Shown piece by piece: positions 1 to 12,550 of a stretch of 64,000 bases of DNA. A program made the translations under genes and the position numbers. Positions within the stretch are counted from its first letter, which is position 1, and each line of letters begins with the position of its first letter. The notes below the pieces were generated by a model. It was not told the DNA's origin. It made no database searches and saw only the letters and a list, made by a program, of their open reading frames with translations. The DNA comes from Octopus vulgaris (Eukaryota), in NCBI GenBank assembly GCA_951406725.2, contig OX597822.1:94984001-95048000 (forward strand), in the 5' to 3' direction.

Positions 1-271
1 TGTCTCTGCGGAGCTCTAACCACTAATCTGTACGGGGTAGTACATTCCTCACTGGAATAGGCTTTGGCATTCCCCATATTGGTTGGTGGTGAGGTACTGG
101 CTAGTTTCTTGAAGTGTGTGTTGCAAATTGTTTAGTCAGTCGCACCTCAGAACACTGAGACTAAACATTCTCCATTTCTGCACCATTGCTGTAGGTAGGT
201 TGGAGTAGTGAATTAAGGGGTGAGTGGTTGGCGTTAGGAAGGGCATCCAGCCGTAGAATCATTGCCAGAAA

Positions 272-497
272 CATACGGCACAGAATGCTTTTTAACTCAA
301 TAGACGGCCATTGATTGGTTGAAATTGCCGAAATTCAAGAAATTAAAGACCAAATATCTTACAAACTATAGAATTTTCTCAATAAAGCCAAGAGAAAAAG
401 ATGTTTTATAAACACATTCTACCAGTTTACGAAGTTTAAAATTTTTTAGTTACCTAGAAATTATGCTAAAAACCACCGTTCAAACCGAAAAGATTCC
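272..497. mobile_element. Partial copy of the GGATC-TIR MITE
   Basis: Matches ~2935-3151, including the right TIR. Confidence 0.8.
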
Positions 498-827
498 AAG
501 TTTCTTATTTCACAGCCACGCCTGCGGGTGTTTGGAAAATATTCTTAAACCTTTTAATAGCAACAAACTCTTGGTTTATTTAAATACTAAGTAAATAGCC
601 ATATTTTCTTGACATATCTGTGAATATATACTGAGTAAATCGTTATTTCGCGTTTATAGTTTTTATTGTTATTTAAAATCACACAATTGTTTTAAGATAT
701 TCTTTGCAGATGTATCGAGAATGAACAGTTTGTTCCTGTTTGGAACCCACGAGGTTTTCTGTCCTTAAATTGCCTGGTTAATGGAACACAACCATACACC
801 TTGTAACTATGTTAAGGTATCGACCAA

Positions 828-1057
828 GGCGGCGAGCTGGCAGAACCGTTAGCACGCCGGGCGAAATGCGTTGCCGTATTTCGTCTGCCGTTACGTTCTG
901 AGTTCAAATTCCACCGAGGTCGACTTTGCTTTTCATCCTTTCGGGGTCGATTAAACTAGTACCAGTTACGCACTGAGGTCGATATAATCGACTTAATCCG
1001 TATGTCTGTCCTTGTTTGTCTCCTCTGTGTTTAGCCCCTTGTGGGTAGTAAAGAAAT
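828..1057 (+). mobile_element. SINE-A (tRNA-like head, Nin-like central domain)
   Basis: GGCGGCGAGCTGGCAGAA..GAGTTCAAATTCC (B box)..GACTTTGCTTTTCATCCTTTCGGGGTCGAT..GTACCAG; TSD AGGTATCGACCA. Confidence 0.9.
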
Positions 1058-1235
1058 AGGTATCGACCAGCATTACAGAGAATGTGTAAGAATTGAAAGG
1101 TACATAAAACATTCAATGAAACTGAACCTGGAACCATGTGGGTTGAAAGCAAACTCCTTACCACAAAGCCACGCCTGTTCCTAATAAATACAAACACATA
1201 CATATACAATCACATAGATATATGGTATATATAAA

Positions 1236-1457
1236 GCGGCGAGCTGGCAGAAACGTTAGCGCTCCGGGCGAAATGCTTAGCGGTCTGTCGCAACGTTGTG
1301 AGTTCAAATTCCGCCGAGGTCGACTTTGCCTTTCATCCTTTCGAGGCCGATAAATTAAGTACCAGTTACGCACTGGGTCGATGTAATCGACTTAATACCT
1401 ATGTCTGTCCTTGTTTGTCCCCTCTATGTTTAGCCCCTTGTGGGTAATAAAGAAATA
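1236..1457 (+). mobile_element. SINE-A
   Basis: Same consensus; flanking repeat ATAGATATATGGTAT. Confidence 0.9.
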
Positions 1458-1974
1458 GATATATGGTATGTGTGTGTGTGTACAGGAGTATATCTGCAGG
1501 GGTGACGTGTTGGCGTCAGTGCGGGAAAGTGAGGTGAAAACTTGACAATTTCCTGTCTATTGAAATAAATTCAAGGCTTTTTCTGCCGACCCCACCAAGT
1601 CAATTTCGTAAATTTATGGCCTTCTATAAATTCTTAGAACGCTTACTCCAACCCCCTCCCGTACTCAACTATCTCTTTAACAATAGCTCCATCCCCAATC
1701 CCTTTTCATCACTGCCACTCCTCAACCAAACTACACTATTGACCCCTGTCCCCTATGAATATTATCTTCCTAGAGTCTTACTCCCAAATTGTGAACCAGT
1801 TCTTCTTTCTACCTTCGTTGAACTGTATGAAACATTAAGAATTACTTTATTTTCTTTCCCGTTTCATACTTTCAATAAGTCACACACGTGGCAAAATTTC
1901 GAAGTATGTGTTTATAATATAAATAATTATTATAGTAATATAAATTGAAGTCCTATAATTAAAAGATAATTCTT

Positions 1975-2366
1975 GCTGTGTAGTAAGTAGCTTGCTAACC
2001 AACCACATGGTTCCGGGTTCAGTCCCACTGCGTGGCATCTTGGGCAAGTGTCTTCTGCTATAGCCCCGGGCCGACCAATGCCTTGTGAGTGGATTTGGCA
2101 GACGGAAACTGAAAGAAGCCTATCGTATATATATATATGTGTGTGTGTGTATGTGTTTGTGTCTGTTTGTCTCCCTAGCATTGCTTGACAACCGATGCTG
2201 GTGTGTTTACGTCCCCGTAACTTAGCGGTTCGGCAAAAGAGACCGATGGAATAAGTACTTGGCTTACAAAGAATAAGTCCCGGGGTCGATTTGCTCGACT
2301 AAAGGTGGTGCTCCAGCATGGCCGCAGTCAAATGACTGAAACAAGTAAAAGAGTAAAAAAAAAGAG
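1975..2366 (+). mobile_element. SINE-B (tRNA-like head, internal TA/TG microsatellite, LINE-like tail)
   Basis: ..GCTGTGTRGTAAG..GGTTCAGTCCC..CTTGGGCAAGTGTC..(TA)n(TG)n..GGTGCTCCAGCATGGCCGCAGTCAAATGACTGAAACAAGTAAAAGAG. Confidence 0.9.
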
Positions 2367-2461
2367 TATGGGGAGGGCGTTAGTCGATACAATAAATCCC
2401 AGCATATATTCCTATAAAATTTACAATGTGTCACCAAGGTGAAGGTTGACATAAAGGAATT

Positions 2462-2462
<1 letters not shown>

Positions 2463-2523
<61 letters not shown>
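2463..2523. repeat. (AG)n microsatellite
   Basis: Seen directly. Confidence 0.95.
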
Positions 2524-2526
<3 letters not shown>

Positions 2527-2755
2527 CTGGAGAAAAAAAAGAAAGAAGAGATGAAATTCTTAGTGATGAAGAGTAAAATGTTGATAGAAAGAATGTATTA
2601 ATGGTATGAAGGGCAGATAACTTTGCAAGCGAAGTCCAGAAATACGCAAGAAATAGTTCAAGGAAAGAGAGAGCGATAGAGTGAAATAAAGGAATGAATG
2701 AGAAAGATAGATAAAATAAAGTATGAGAGATAAGGAGAGAGAGAGAGACAGAGAG

Positions 2756-3151
2756 GGATCTCTTCAGTTTGACCGGCAGTTTTTTCTAGCGGTGTCACAT
2801 GAATTTGTCACCCATAATTATGACCCTAGTATCGATCTATTGCATTTCAATCTGTTTTAGGGGTGGGGGGAAGGTATCTTTTTTTCTTCACAAATGTAAA
2901 TAAATCCAATCTGTTTCTTAAACGAGGGACATATTCATACGGAACAGAATGTTTTCACCTCAATAGACGTCATTGATTGGTTGAAATTGCAGAAAAAAAA
3001 CAACAAATATCTTACAAACTATAGAATTTTCTCAATAATTTTCAAGAGAAAAAGATGTTTTAAAAACACATTCTACCAGTATACGAAGTTTAAAAGTGTT
3101 TAGTTACGTGGAAATTATTTTAAAAAACTGCCGTTCAAACCGAAAAGATCC
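2756..3151. mobile_element. MITE with ~30-bp TIRs (GGATCTTTTCGGTTTGAACGGCAG consensus) and 8-bp TSD, possibly Merlin-related
   Basis: TIRs at both ends; flanks ACAGAGAG/AGAGAGAG; full second copy at 29290-29704. Confidence 0.85.
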
Positions 3152-3377
3152 AGAGAGAGAGAGAGTGAGAGAGGAAAATATGATTGATTAGAGGGAGAGA
3201 GAGAAAAGAGGAAAAAAGTATGACTGAATGTGGACACGTGTGATATTTTGAAATAAAGAGTAGGTAACTCTGTGGCGACGGTTATCAGAACTACGCAGAA
3301 ACTAGTTGAATGTCAGGAGTGAAAGTGGAAGAAGAAGATAAATAGAAAGAGAGGAAGAAAGACACATTTGGAATTTC

Positions 3378-3615
3378 TGTGTGTGTGTGTTGTGTATGTG
3401 TCGTGTGGTGTATGTGTGTGTTGTGTATGTGTATATGTTGTGTGGTGTATGTGTGTGTTGTGTATGTGTATATGTTGTGTATGTGTGTGTTGTGTATGTG
3501 TATATGTTGTGTGGTGTATGTGTGTGTTGTGTATGTGTATATGTTGTGTGGTATATGTGTGTCTGTTGTGTATATGTGTGGTGTATGTGTATATGTTGTG
3601 TATGTATGTGTGTGT
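3378..3615. repeat. Compound TG-rich micro/minisatellite
   Basis: Seen directly; explains the C/V/Y-rich pseudo-ORFs. Confidence 0.95.
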
Positions 3616-5281
3616 TAATGAAACAAGAGCAGATAACTCTGCAGTAACCACTTCACCACAAGATAGTTAAAAGCATCAGCAGTTTTGCAGACGACATTTT
3701 GATGGACAGCTCATAGTTTTTATTCGATTTATATATATCTTACAGTCGATATTGCACAACATCATGTGTAGATATGAAATATACGGAGAACCAAATGATA
3801 GCAAAACATAATAATATTCGGGGCCCGTTTATCAATATAGTTATTTAAACCACTTCCTTCAACACACACATGTCATCTCATGTAAAAATGAAAGTAACAA
3901 GTGAGGAAGGCCCTATAAAAGACGGGAAGATGCTCGCTTAACCTTCAATGCTCCCTTCGATACTCAGACTCGGACAACCTGTATCTCTTTCCTCTGTACA
4001 CATAGACAGACGTACACACGTGTCTATACACACACACACATAGACGTATGAACATTATATATACAAACATTTTTTAGTTCCATATCTGTTGATATGTAGT
4101 TTTCTTACCTTTTTTACTGTTCATTGATTCTCCAGACTCCAGACTTCTGGTTCCTTATTTCTTTTTTTTTCACCTCTCGTATATTTTAGTGAACTTTAAA
4201 CACTCAACATTTTTGTTTTGTTCGTCTCTAATTCAGGACTGACAACCATACTACTGATTAATTAATGAATTAGTCACATACTTCAATATATGAATAATAT
4301 AAATAATATAATTTACAGAAATACTGAAATACAACTTCATACAACACCAAAAGAGGTTAAAAACAAATAATTTGTTTTCTAACACTTTAAAAACCCGAAT
4401 TTTTTCATCTTTCCTCACTTTTTTGTAACAGGAAAATACTTTGTATTACAAACCATTGTTATTAATTATTCGATATATATACCTACCTACACATAACAAC
4501 AACTCATATCGAAGTTGTCCTCCTGACATTAATAACACAATATAAAAGTGTGGGATTATTTTTGGTGTAATTCGTGTGAAACCATGTCGAAGACAGGGAA
4601 CCAACAGTACCGAAATTTTTCCAGCAATAATAATGCTCCAATTTATAACCCTCAAGTAAGTTCTAACATTTTTCCTGTCTGACATTTTGCGTCTTTTTTT
4701 TACTAAAATGTCATCCTTACTTTATTTGTTTCTTTCTCTTTCTTTTTAATTATTTTTTTTAAGATTTACGTAATTAACGAATATAACCTGTTTAACCATA
4801 AAAAAAAAATTTCATGGTCCAAAATGCCACCCCACTTTAAAAAATTTAAAAAAAATTTTTAATTAAAGACGGTAATGTTTGACTTAAAGGAGAGATTTTG
4901 TTATTATTTCTAGCGGAAGCTTCTTCCTCTTTTGGTTCTGGGACGAAAATAAGTATTTAAGAAAATAAATAAACCTATGTGGGTTACGCTGAAATTAGGT
5001 TGGAACTAAACAGACATTAGGTACTACCCAGACATTATCTCACTCAGCTGTTCAAACAGTGGTTGTCAATTTCTAGGAGATAAAAACTATTTATTATATC
5101 AGTTACATTCATCCTTGGTACTTGTAGGCATTTTATATACACGCACACATTCATATATATATATACGACATACCTCATAGATTCAATATCACGTAGTTTT
5201 ATTTTTTCATAAGCGCTTGTATACATGTTCATAACCTAATACATACGTATATGGCACATATATGTATCCTTACGAAGTGTG

Positions 5282-5317
<36 letters not shown>

Positions 5318-5938
5318 CTGGGCTTACAAAAAGAATAAGTCCCGGGGTCGAGTTGCTCGACTAAAGGCGGTGCTCCAGCATGGCCGCAGTCAAATGACTG
5401 AAACAAGTAAAAGAGTATATATAGTCAAAACTTTTTTAACCCCACTAGAATGGGAGAAAGCGCTAATATATGATCTAAGTTATATAAAAAAACATGTAAT
5501 ATACAAATAAATATCTGTAAATATAAAAACCATCCGAATTTCTGAGTACCTCATTTCTTCTAATATAAAATACCTGTACATCATCTCCAAACCTTCCAAT
5601 ATATATAGGTATATATGTCTATGTGTATCCTTATATTTATCCGATAAACGCATGTAATGACGGAAATAATAATAATTATGAATAATTTCCTGACAGGAAA
5701 ACAAAAGTTCGTTGTTACTTTTTTATGTTTGTTTTAAAACATTTACGAATGTGTATTATAAGAATACATGTTGAGACAAGTCTAGGATGATATATCACAT
5801 TTTTGATGTTTGTACGCTCAACATATGCGTGGCAACTACTTTTATTAATTATCTGTTTTATCATCAGCTGAATTCATAGTTGTTAGAAATATATATATAT
5901 ATATATATATATATATGGAAATATATATATATATATAT

Positions 5939-6049
5939 ATGGAAAAGTTTTCGAATTTGTATGTAAACAACGAATGCCGGTACAAAACGGTAGGGGACAA
6001 TAATAGCAACAACTTGCAGATGTCCTCGAATGTTTCTAAAATTTCTGAA
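5939..6049 (+). CDS. Candidate first coding exon of the CG13380-like gene
   Basis: ATG at 5939, then MEKFSNLYVNNECRYKTVGDNNSNNLQMSSNVSKISE ending at GAA|GTATGT. This is a phase 0 donor, compatible with the 63783 acceptor. It is unique sequence in a CpG-retaining region; no homology support. Confidence 0.35.
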
Positions 6050-6062
6050 GTATGTTGTTTTT

Positions 6063-6360
6063 GGGTACTACTTGAGAACAGGGGTCCCGGTTCGCGCCAG
6101 CTAGTCATGACTAGTCGATCCTTACTTTGTGTTTTTATGTTATTTACTTTGTTTAAAAAATTTTATTTATTTTGTGCTTTTGTGTTTTGTTTACTTTATT
6201 TTAACAAAAATTATTTACTTCGTGTAAAACAAAATATTATGTTGTGTTTTATTTACTTTGCTAGGTAAGTCGTTGTAGAATCGACTAGTCACGACTAGCT
6301 AGCGCGGATGCGCGACGACGCGTGTGCGCGCACCGGGACCACTGTTCGCTAGTAGTACCG
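6063..6360. mobile_element. MITE with GGTACTACT TIRs and 8-bp TSD TTGTTTTT
   Basis: GGTACTACT..GGTCCCGGT..GCTAGTCATGACTAGTCGAT is mirrored at the right end; TTGTTTTT at 6055-6062 and 6361-6368. Confidence 0.85.
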
Positions 6361-6524
6361 TTGTTTTTCCATTTATAAAAAAATGCTATAAAATGGTAAA
6401 CAACTTTAGCTAATTACTAGAACCCTCGTAACTTCATCAAATATTTAGACTGCGAAGCGTAGAATCTCCCGAATGCCTACAACATACCCCAGAATATATC
6501 GTAAAACGACGGCAAAATGATTTA

Positions 6525-7770
6525 TCTCTTATTATAAAAGGCAGATTTTATCTGCCTCCCTTTGGGAGTTATAGAAATCTACAATATAGGATTTCTTCAA
6601 TTACAATTTACCTGGCATTTTTGAGAGTACAATGCATCGCGTCATGCCAGGTCCAGTTTTTAAAATTTAAACTCCAATTAAGCAAAATTTACAGAAAACT
6701 CACATTCTGGTGTGTGTGTCAAATGCTTTTCTTAGTCTGGTTTACACCACACGCAAACGCACACACACACAAAGGGAGCGAATTGTTTCACTGACGCTAT
6801 CACCCTTCTCCTCCTTTGTCTTTGCAAGTTGGCAGCTATTAAAGTGAAAACAGTGAATCCGACAGCGATAAAGAAAACGAATTGGTACCTGAATGGAGTG
6901 AAAATTTAAAAACTGTTTCTTTCGGTGAGTTTTCTGAAGAAACTGGACCTAGCCACAGACTTTCCCAGAAGAGTAAAGCCTTAGACTATTTCTATTTACT
7001 TTTTCGAATGAGCCTATTTGAAATCATTACGCTAAACGTAAACAAACCGAAAGAAAGGATAGTTTGTTATTTCCCACAATCTTAAATGAAATTAAGGCCT
7101 ATTTTGCCATAAATATTATTATGGGTATCAGAAAGTTACCCAGAATAACAAATTCTATCGTAAAATTTTGTTGTATACCCAATTGAATATTAGCTAATAA
7201 CCCATTTTCTATAGCGATGTTTGAACAAAATTTTAATAATTTTACAGAAAGTTACCCAGAATAACAAATTCTATCGTAAAATTTTGTTGTATACCCAATT
7301 GAATATTAGCTAATAACCCATTTTCTATAGCGATGTTTGAACAAAATTTTAATAATTTTACAGAAAGTTACCCAGAATAACAAATTCTATCGTAAAATTT
7401 TGTTGTATACCCAATTGAATATTAGCTAATAACCCATTTTCTATAGCGATGTTTGAACAAAATTTTAATAATTTTACAGAAAGTTACCCAGAATAACAAA
7501 CGAGCCCTTCTGGGTATTAGCGCGCGTCTACAATGAGTCTACGATTTAAAAAAAAATTACCATCATATTTTTCCATTTTAATGCATTTTTTTCGCTTTTA
7601 TATAAGGGAAGTAACTCTCTAAAAATATCTACGATGTGTCAACGATTTAAAGAAAAATTTACCTTAATTTTTTTTTCAATTTTTAATGCATTTTTTTGCT
7701 ACTTTTTGGCTATAACTCTCTAAAAATGCTTATATAGTTATTTCCCTTACAACCCGAGCAACGCCGGGCG
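6525..7770 (+). mobile_element. Non-autonomous Helitron-like element lacking its terminal CTAG
   Basis: 5' A|TCTCTTATTATAAAAG; 3' hairpin CCCGAGCAACGCCGGG; the last ~260 bp match the complete copy at 34688-35082. Confidence 0.75.
7129..7500. repeat. 116-bp tandem repeat, ~3.2 apparently identical copies, inside the Helitron
   Basis: GAAAGTTACCCAG recurs at 7131, 7247, 7363 and 7479. Confidence 0.95.
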
Positions 7771-8404
7771 AAAATGATTTATTAGTAAATAAATCAAGTG
7801 AATTAACTTGTCATATCTATTTGGTTTCTTTCGATTTGGAGCAGAGATTGCTGTATAGATTCGTTGGTAAATTTTGATAAGCTATCCTGTATCTATCTTT
7901 CTATCTTCAAGTGGGGATATAAAAAGAAAGAAAACAACGCCACTTATTATTACTTGGTAGAGGAACATAAACAAACGGTTCAAACACTTAATAACATTTC
8001 TCTGACTTGTTGACATTTTAAATTACTGAAGTATTTTATTCATTGAGTATTTCAATTTTTTCCACATGTCCCTCCATAAACTTTGTTACCGTCAGCATTT
8101 TAAGAACGAACTCGGGTCAGCAAAGCGAGAATCTATACGTTCGTCTCTTTTTTTTTTTTTCTGACTGTTGGTGTTAATTTGAGGGGAATTTGGCTGCTTC
8201 TTGTGTGAAACAAGAGGATATTAGGAAATAAAGTAATATGCGTTGGCAATTAATGGTACATGTCTTACAATGATAATAGAAACGGGAGTTCAATAGTTAT
8301 GAACGTAAAAACTCTTATATGCACTTTCTGTCTTCCTTACACGCATGCATATCTCATTCCTTTAGATATTGCCCTATAAATTGGCCTCATTTTGTGTTAA
8401 AATA

Positions 8405-8738
8405 ATTGCCGTTTACAAGTTTCTGGTTAAATTAATAATAGAGTTAGGGGTGGGGGAAGGGTATATTTTTTTTCTTTACAAATGCAAATAAACCCAATGT
8501 ATTCATACAGCACGGAGTGTTGTTTACCTAAATGGACTCCAGCGATTGGTTAAAATTGCCGAAATGCTCGAAATTTCAGCCGAAATATCTTACAACCTAT
8601 AGAATTTTCTCAAGTAAAGCCAAGAAAAAAATTATGTTTTATAAACACATTCTACCAGTATACGAAGTTTAAAAGTGTTTAGTTAACTAGGTTAACTAGA
8701 AATTATGTTACAAAGTGCCGTTCAAAAGGAAAAGATCC
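8405..8738. mobile_element. Diverged partial copy of the GGATC-TIR MITE
   Basis: Ends GTGCCGTTCAAAAGGAAAAGATCC; internal match to 2860-3151. Confidence 0.75.
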
Positions 8739-8777
8739 AAAATAAGTACCTATTAACATAGGTATCATCTTTGTGGA

Positions 8778-9727
8778 AAGATGATTACAATGGCGGTGCT
8801 CCAGCATGGCCAAGAGAATAATAGCAATGTTATATATATATGTATATATTTGCGACAAGCTTCCTCACAATTTTCGTCTATCAAATTCATTCAAAAAGCA
8901 TTAGTAAGTTTAGGGCGATAATAGAAGACACTTTGCCCAAGGTGCCGCGCAATGAGACGGAGCACCAGACCACGTGGGCAAGAATGGCTTATGTTGGGTA
9001 AAAAGATGATTACAATGGCGGTGCTCCAGCATGGCCACAGTCATTGGACTGAAACATATAAGAGAATAATAACAATGTTATATATATGTATATATTTGCG
9101 ACAAGCTTCCTCACAATTTTCGTCTATCAAATTCATTCAAAAAGCATTAGTAAGTTTAGGGCAATAATAGAAGACACTTTGCCCAAGGTGCCGCGCAATG
9201 AGACGGAGCACCAGACCACGTGGGCAAGAATGGCTTATGTTGGGTAAAAAGATGATTACAATGGCGGTGCTCCAGCATGGCCACAGTCATTGGACTGAAA
9301 CATAAGAGAATAATAACAATGTTTCTATATGTATATATTTGCGACAAGCTTCCTCACAATTTTCGTCTATCAAATTCATTCAAAAAGCATTAGTAAGTTT
9401 AGGGCGATAATAGAAGACACTTTGCCCAAGGTGCCGCGCAATGAGACGGAACACCAGACCACGTGGGCAAGAATGGCTCATGTTGGGTAAAAAGATGATT
9501 ACAATGGCGGTGCTCCAGCATGGCCACAGTCATTGGACTGAAATAATAGCAATGTTATATATATATGTATATATTTGCGACAAGCTTCCTCACAATTTTC
9601 GTCTATCAAATTCATTCAAAAAGCATTAGTAAGTTTAGGGCGATAATAGAAGACACTTTGCCCAAGGTGCCGCGCAATGAGACGGAGCACCAGACCACGT
9701 GGGCAAGAATGGCTCATGTTGGGTAAA
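8778..9727. repeat. ~240-bp tandem array, 4 copies, built from SINE-B pieces
   Basis: AAGATGATTACAATGGCGGTGCTCC recurs at ~8778, 9003, 9249 and 9492. Confidence 0.95.
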
Positions 9728-9943
9728 TTTGGCGGGCCGCATCGTAATAAAAAGAAAATGGGGGAAATATCGCTAACTCGTTGCCTCCTATCAACTAGCT
9801 TTTAGAAATCATTTCTGCTGATCCGAATACATCACATCACTGCATCCTTTCATTAATTCATGTTTTAAAATTATTCCTAATTGAATTCTTTGAATTTAAA
9901 TAAATGCATGCTCTTCCCGGGAAAAGTCACATTCCATTTAAAT

Positions 9944-10378
9944 ACTCTTTACTCTTTTTTTTTTCTCTTTTTACTTGTTTCAGTCATTTGATTGCGGCCA
10001 TGCTGGAGCACCGCCTTTAGTCGAGCAACTCGACCCCGGGACTTATTCTTTTTGTAAGCCCAGTACTTATTCTATCGGTCACTTTTGCCGAACCGCTAAG
10101 TTACGGGGACGTAAACACACCAGCATCGGTTGTCAAGCAATGCTAGGGGAACAAACACAGACACACAAACATATTCACACACACTTATATATATATATAT
10201 ATATATACATATATACGACAGGCTTCTTTCAGTTTCCGTCTACCAAATCCACTCACAAGGCATTGGTCGGCCCGGGGCTATAGAAGAAGACACCTGTCCA
10301 AGATGCCACGCAGTGGGACTGAACCCGGAACCATGTGGTTGGTTAGTAAGCTACTTACCAAACAGCCACTCCTGCGTC
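9944..10378 (-). mobile_element. SINE-B
   Basis: Full-length reverse-complement match. Confidence 0.9.
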
Positions 10379-10667
10379 TATAAACAAAGTATTAAAAATA
10401 TTTTTACCAATATATTTTAAATCGATTAACTGAGTGTACATGACTTGTATAATTTATATATAACATTACACATGTGTGAAAACAAAAAGCGAACTTTTCA
10501 AGGAAAGTGAGACGTGATAATACTTGACATGTAAATTGAAAATGTCTTAGCATCGTAGCATTACATGTTTATTCAGAAACCTGGTTTATCACCTCATCTA
10601 ACCCCTCATAACTTCTTAATACATGGGAATTCATACAATTAAAAAAGTTAAAAAATCTTGGGGGGGG

Positions 10668-11293
10668 GGGGCTAATGCAGTTTCGCACCTCTCCTTGAAA
10701 AATGCATTAAAAAATCTTCCCACTCTTTTGTTACTGTATATATTTTGAGATGCTCTGTGTTTCTTTCAATTACTTTAGATATAACAAAGAATTTAGTAAA
10801 ATAACTTAGTTATCATTAAACTAGTGTTAGGAATATAAATTGTGACTAAGGTTTGGTGGTATATTCTAATGCGAAACTTATGAAAACAAGACATTTGTAC
10901 TCAGAGCCAGAGCCAGTTTTGGCCGGGTTGGTAACAAAAGGGTTAAATATTTGATTTTGTTTACTAGACCGTAGCGAATTTAAATACAGACAAAGACATT
11001 ATTAGTGTGAAAAGAATTTGCGTTTTACTTGTGTTTGCCTTAAATAATCGTAAATAATATAATGTAAATTAAATATACACCATTTTATGAGAAACAAACA
11101 TTAGTATTTAATAATTAAAAGACGGTGTTACTGTTTCCGTCATCTAAAACATAGGGGAAAGAAATTTTGAAAAAGTTCCAAATTTTAAATGGGAGGGGGT
11201 AATATATTTTTTTTTTTTGCATATTCGTAATCTAAAAAAACTTAAAAAAAAAAAGTTTTTTTCCAAGGAGAGGTGCGAAACTGCATTAGCCCC
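10668..11293. mobile_element. MITE with ~30-bp TIRs GGGGCTAATGCAGTTTCGCACCTCTCCTTG, containing a piggyBac MITE (~10720-10946)
   Basis: Perfect TIRs at both ends; nested type-B MITE ending AAAGGGTTAA. Confidence 0.85.
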
Positions 11294-11969
11294 AAATTTT
11301 TAAGTCTCTCCTCTATAAATCCTAAAAATTCCCGCTATTTTTCGATTTATAAAAAAAAAATCAGTTTTAAATTTGGACAGCCTGAATTTTTTGCTTGAAT
11401 CTCAGAAATGCCCCCTTAAGTTGATCATCATTCCATTAAATGTGTTTATGGAGAGAAAAATATTGAAAAGCATCAATACATGTGAGAGTGACAATGAAAA
11501 AACATGGAAGGTATCAGGTGGTCGTGAGTTGTGCTAAAAATAACGGTTAAATCGCCCTTAAATCACACACAAAAAATTCACTAAAATTTCTTTAATTCCA
11601 GAGATGAAAATTTATGAGGGGTTACACGAGGTGCTTAAAACAGTATTCTGTTTACTCAAGTTACTTCTCTCCCTCGATTCGATTCTTCTCTCCACGTGCT
11701 TTTAAAATGAAAGTTTTTTTTTTCCTTTGTTTTTTTTTTTGTACTGCTTAAGAAGAATGGACCCGCGCACATATGCGCCAGTCAGTAGACGGACGGACTG
11801 ACTCACGCACGCACACGCGCAAGTCCGCGGTAAACGCGGTAAAAAAAACCCTCCACATGTATAAATGTGTAAACTGTTAATGGGGGGGGGGGGGTCTATC
11901 TGTCTACCTATTTATCTGTCTGTTTGTCTCATCTTTCTATCTATTTGTTTGTCTGTCTGTCTGTCTATC

Positions 11970-12488
11970 TCTCTTTTACTCTTTTACTTGTTTCAGTCAT
12001 TTGACTGCGGCCATGCTGGAGCACCGCCTTCAGTCGAGCAAATCGACCCCAGGACTTATTCTTTGTAAGCCCAGTACTTATTCTATCGGTCTCTTTTGCC
12101 GAACCGCTAAGTGACGGGGACGTAAACACACCAGCATCGGTTGTCAAGCAATGCTAGGGGGACAAACACAGACACACACACATATATACATATATACGAC
12201 AGGCTTCTTTCAGTTTCCGTCTACCAAATCCACTCACAAGGCATTGGTCGGCCCGGGGCTATAGCAGAGGACACTTGCCCAAGATGCCACGCAGTGGGAC
12301 TGTCTATCTTTCTTAGATAAACAGACAGACAGGACAAAATAGGACTTTTAGTGTTTGTGAATGATCGTTCTTCTGAAACTCTGCTTCCCCTTATCAGAAA
12401 GTGTATAAAACCAGGAGCAACTATCAATTCTAATTGTTGGAGCAGTTCCAATGGGATAACTGGAACTCCTGTTGAACCATGGTATTCC

Positions 12489-12550
<62 letters not shown>

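Noticed and set aside
3313-3670. Cys/Val-rich or His/Thr-rich ORFs
   Set aside because: Translations of a TG microsatellite.
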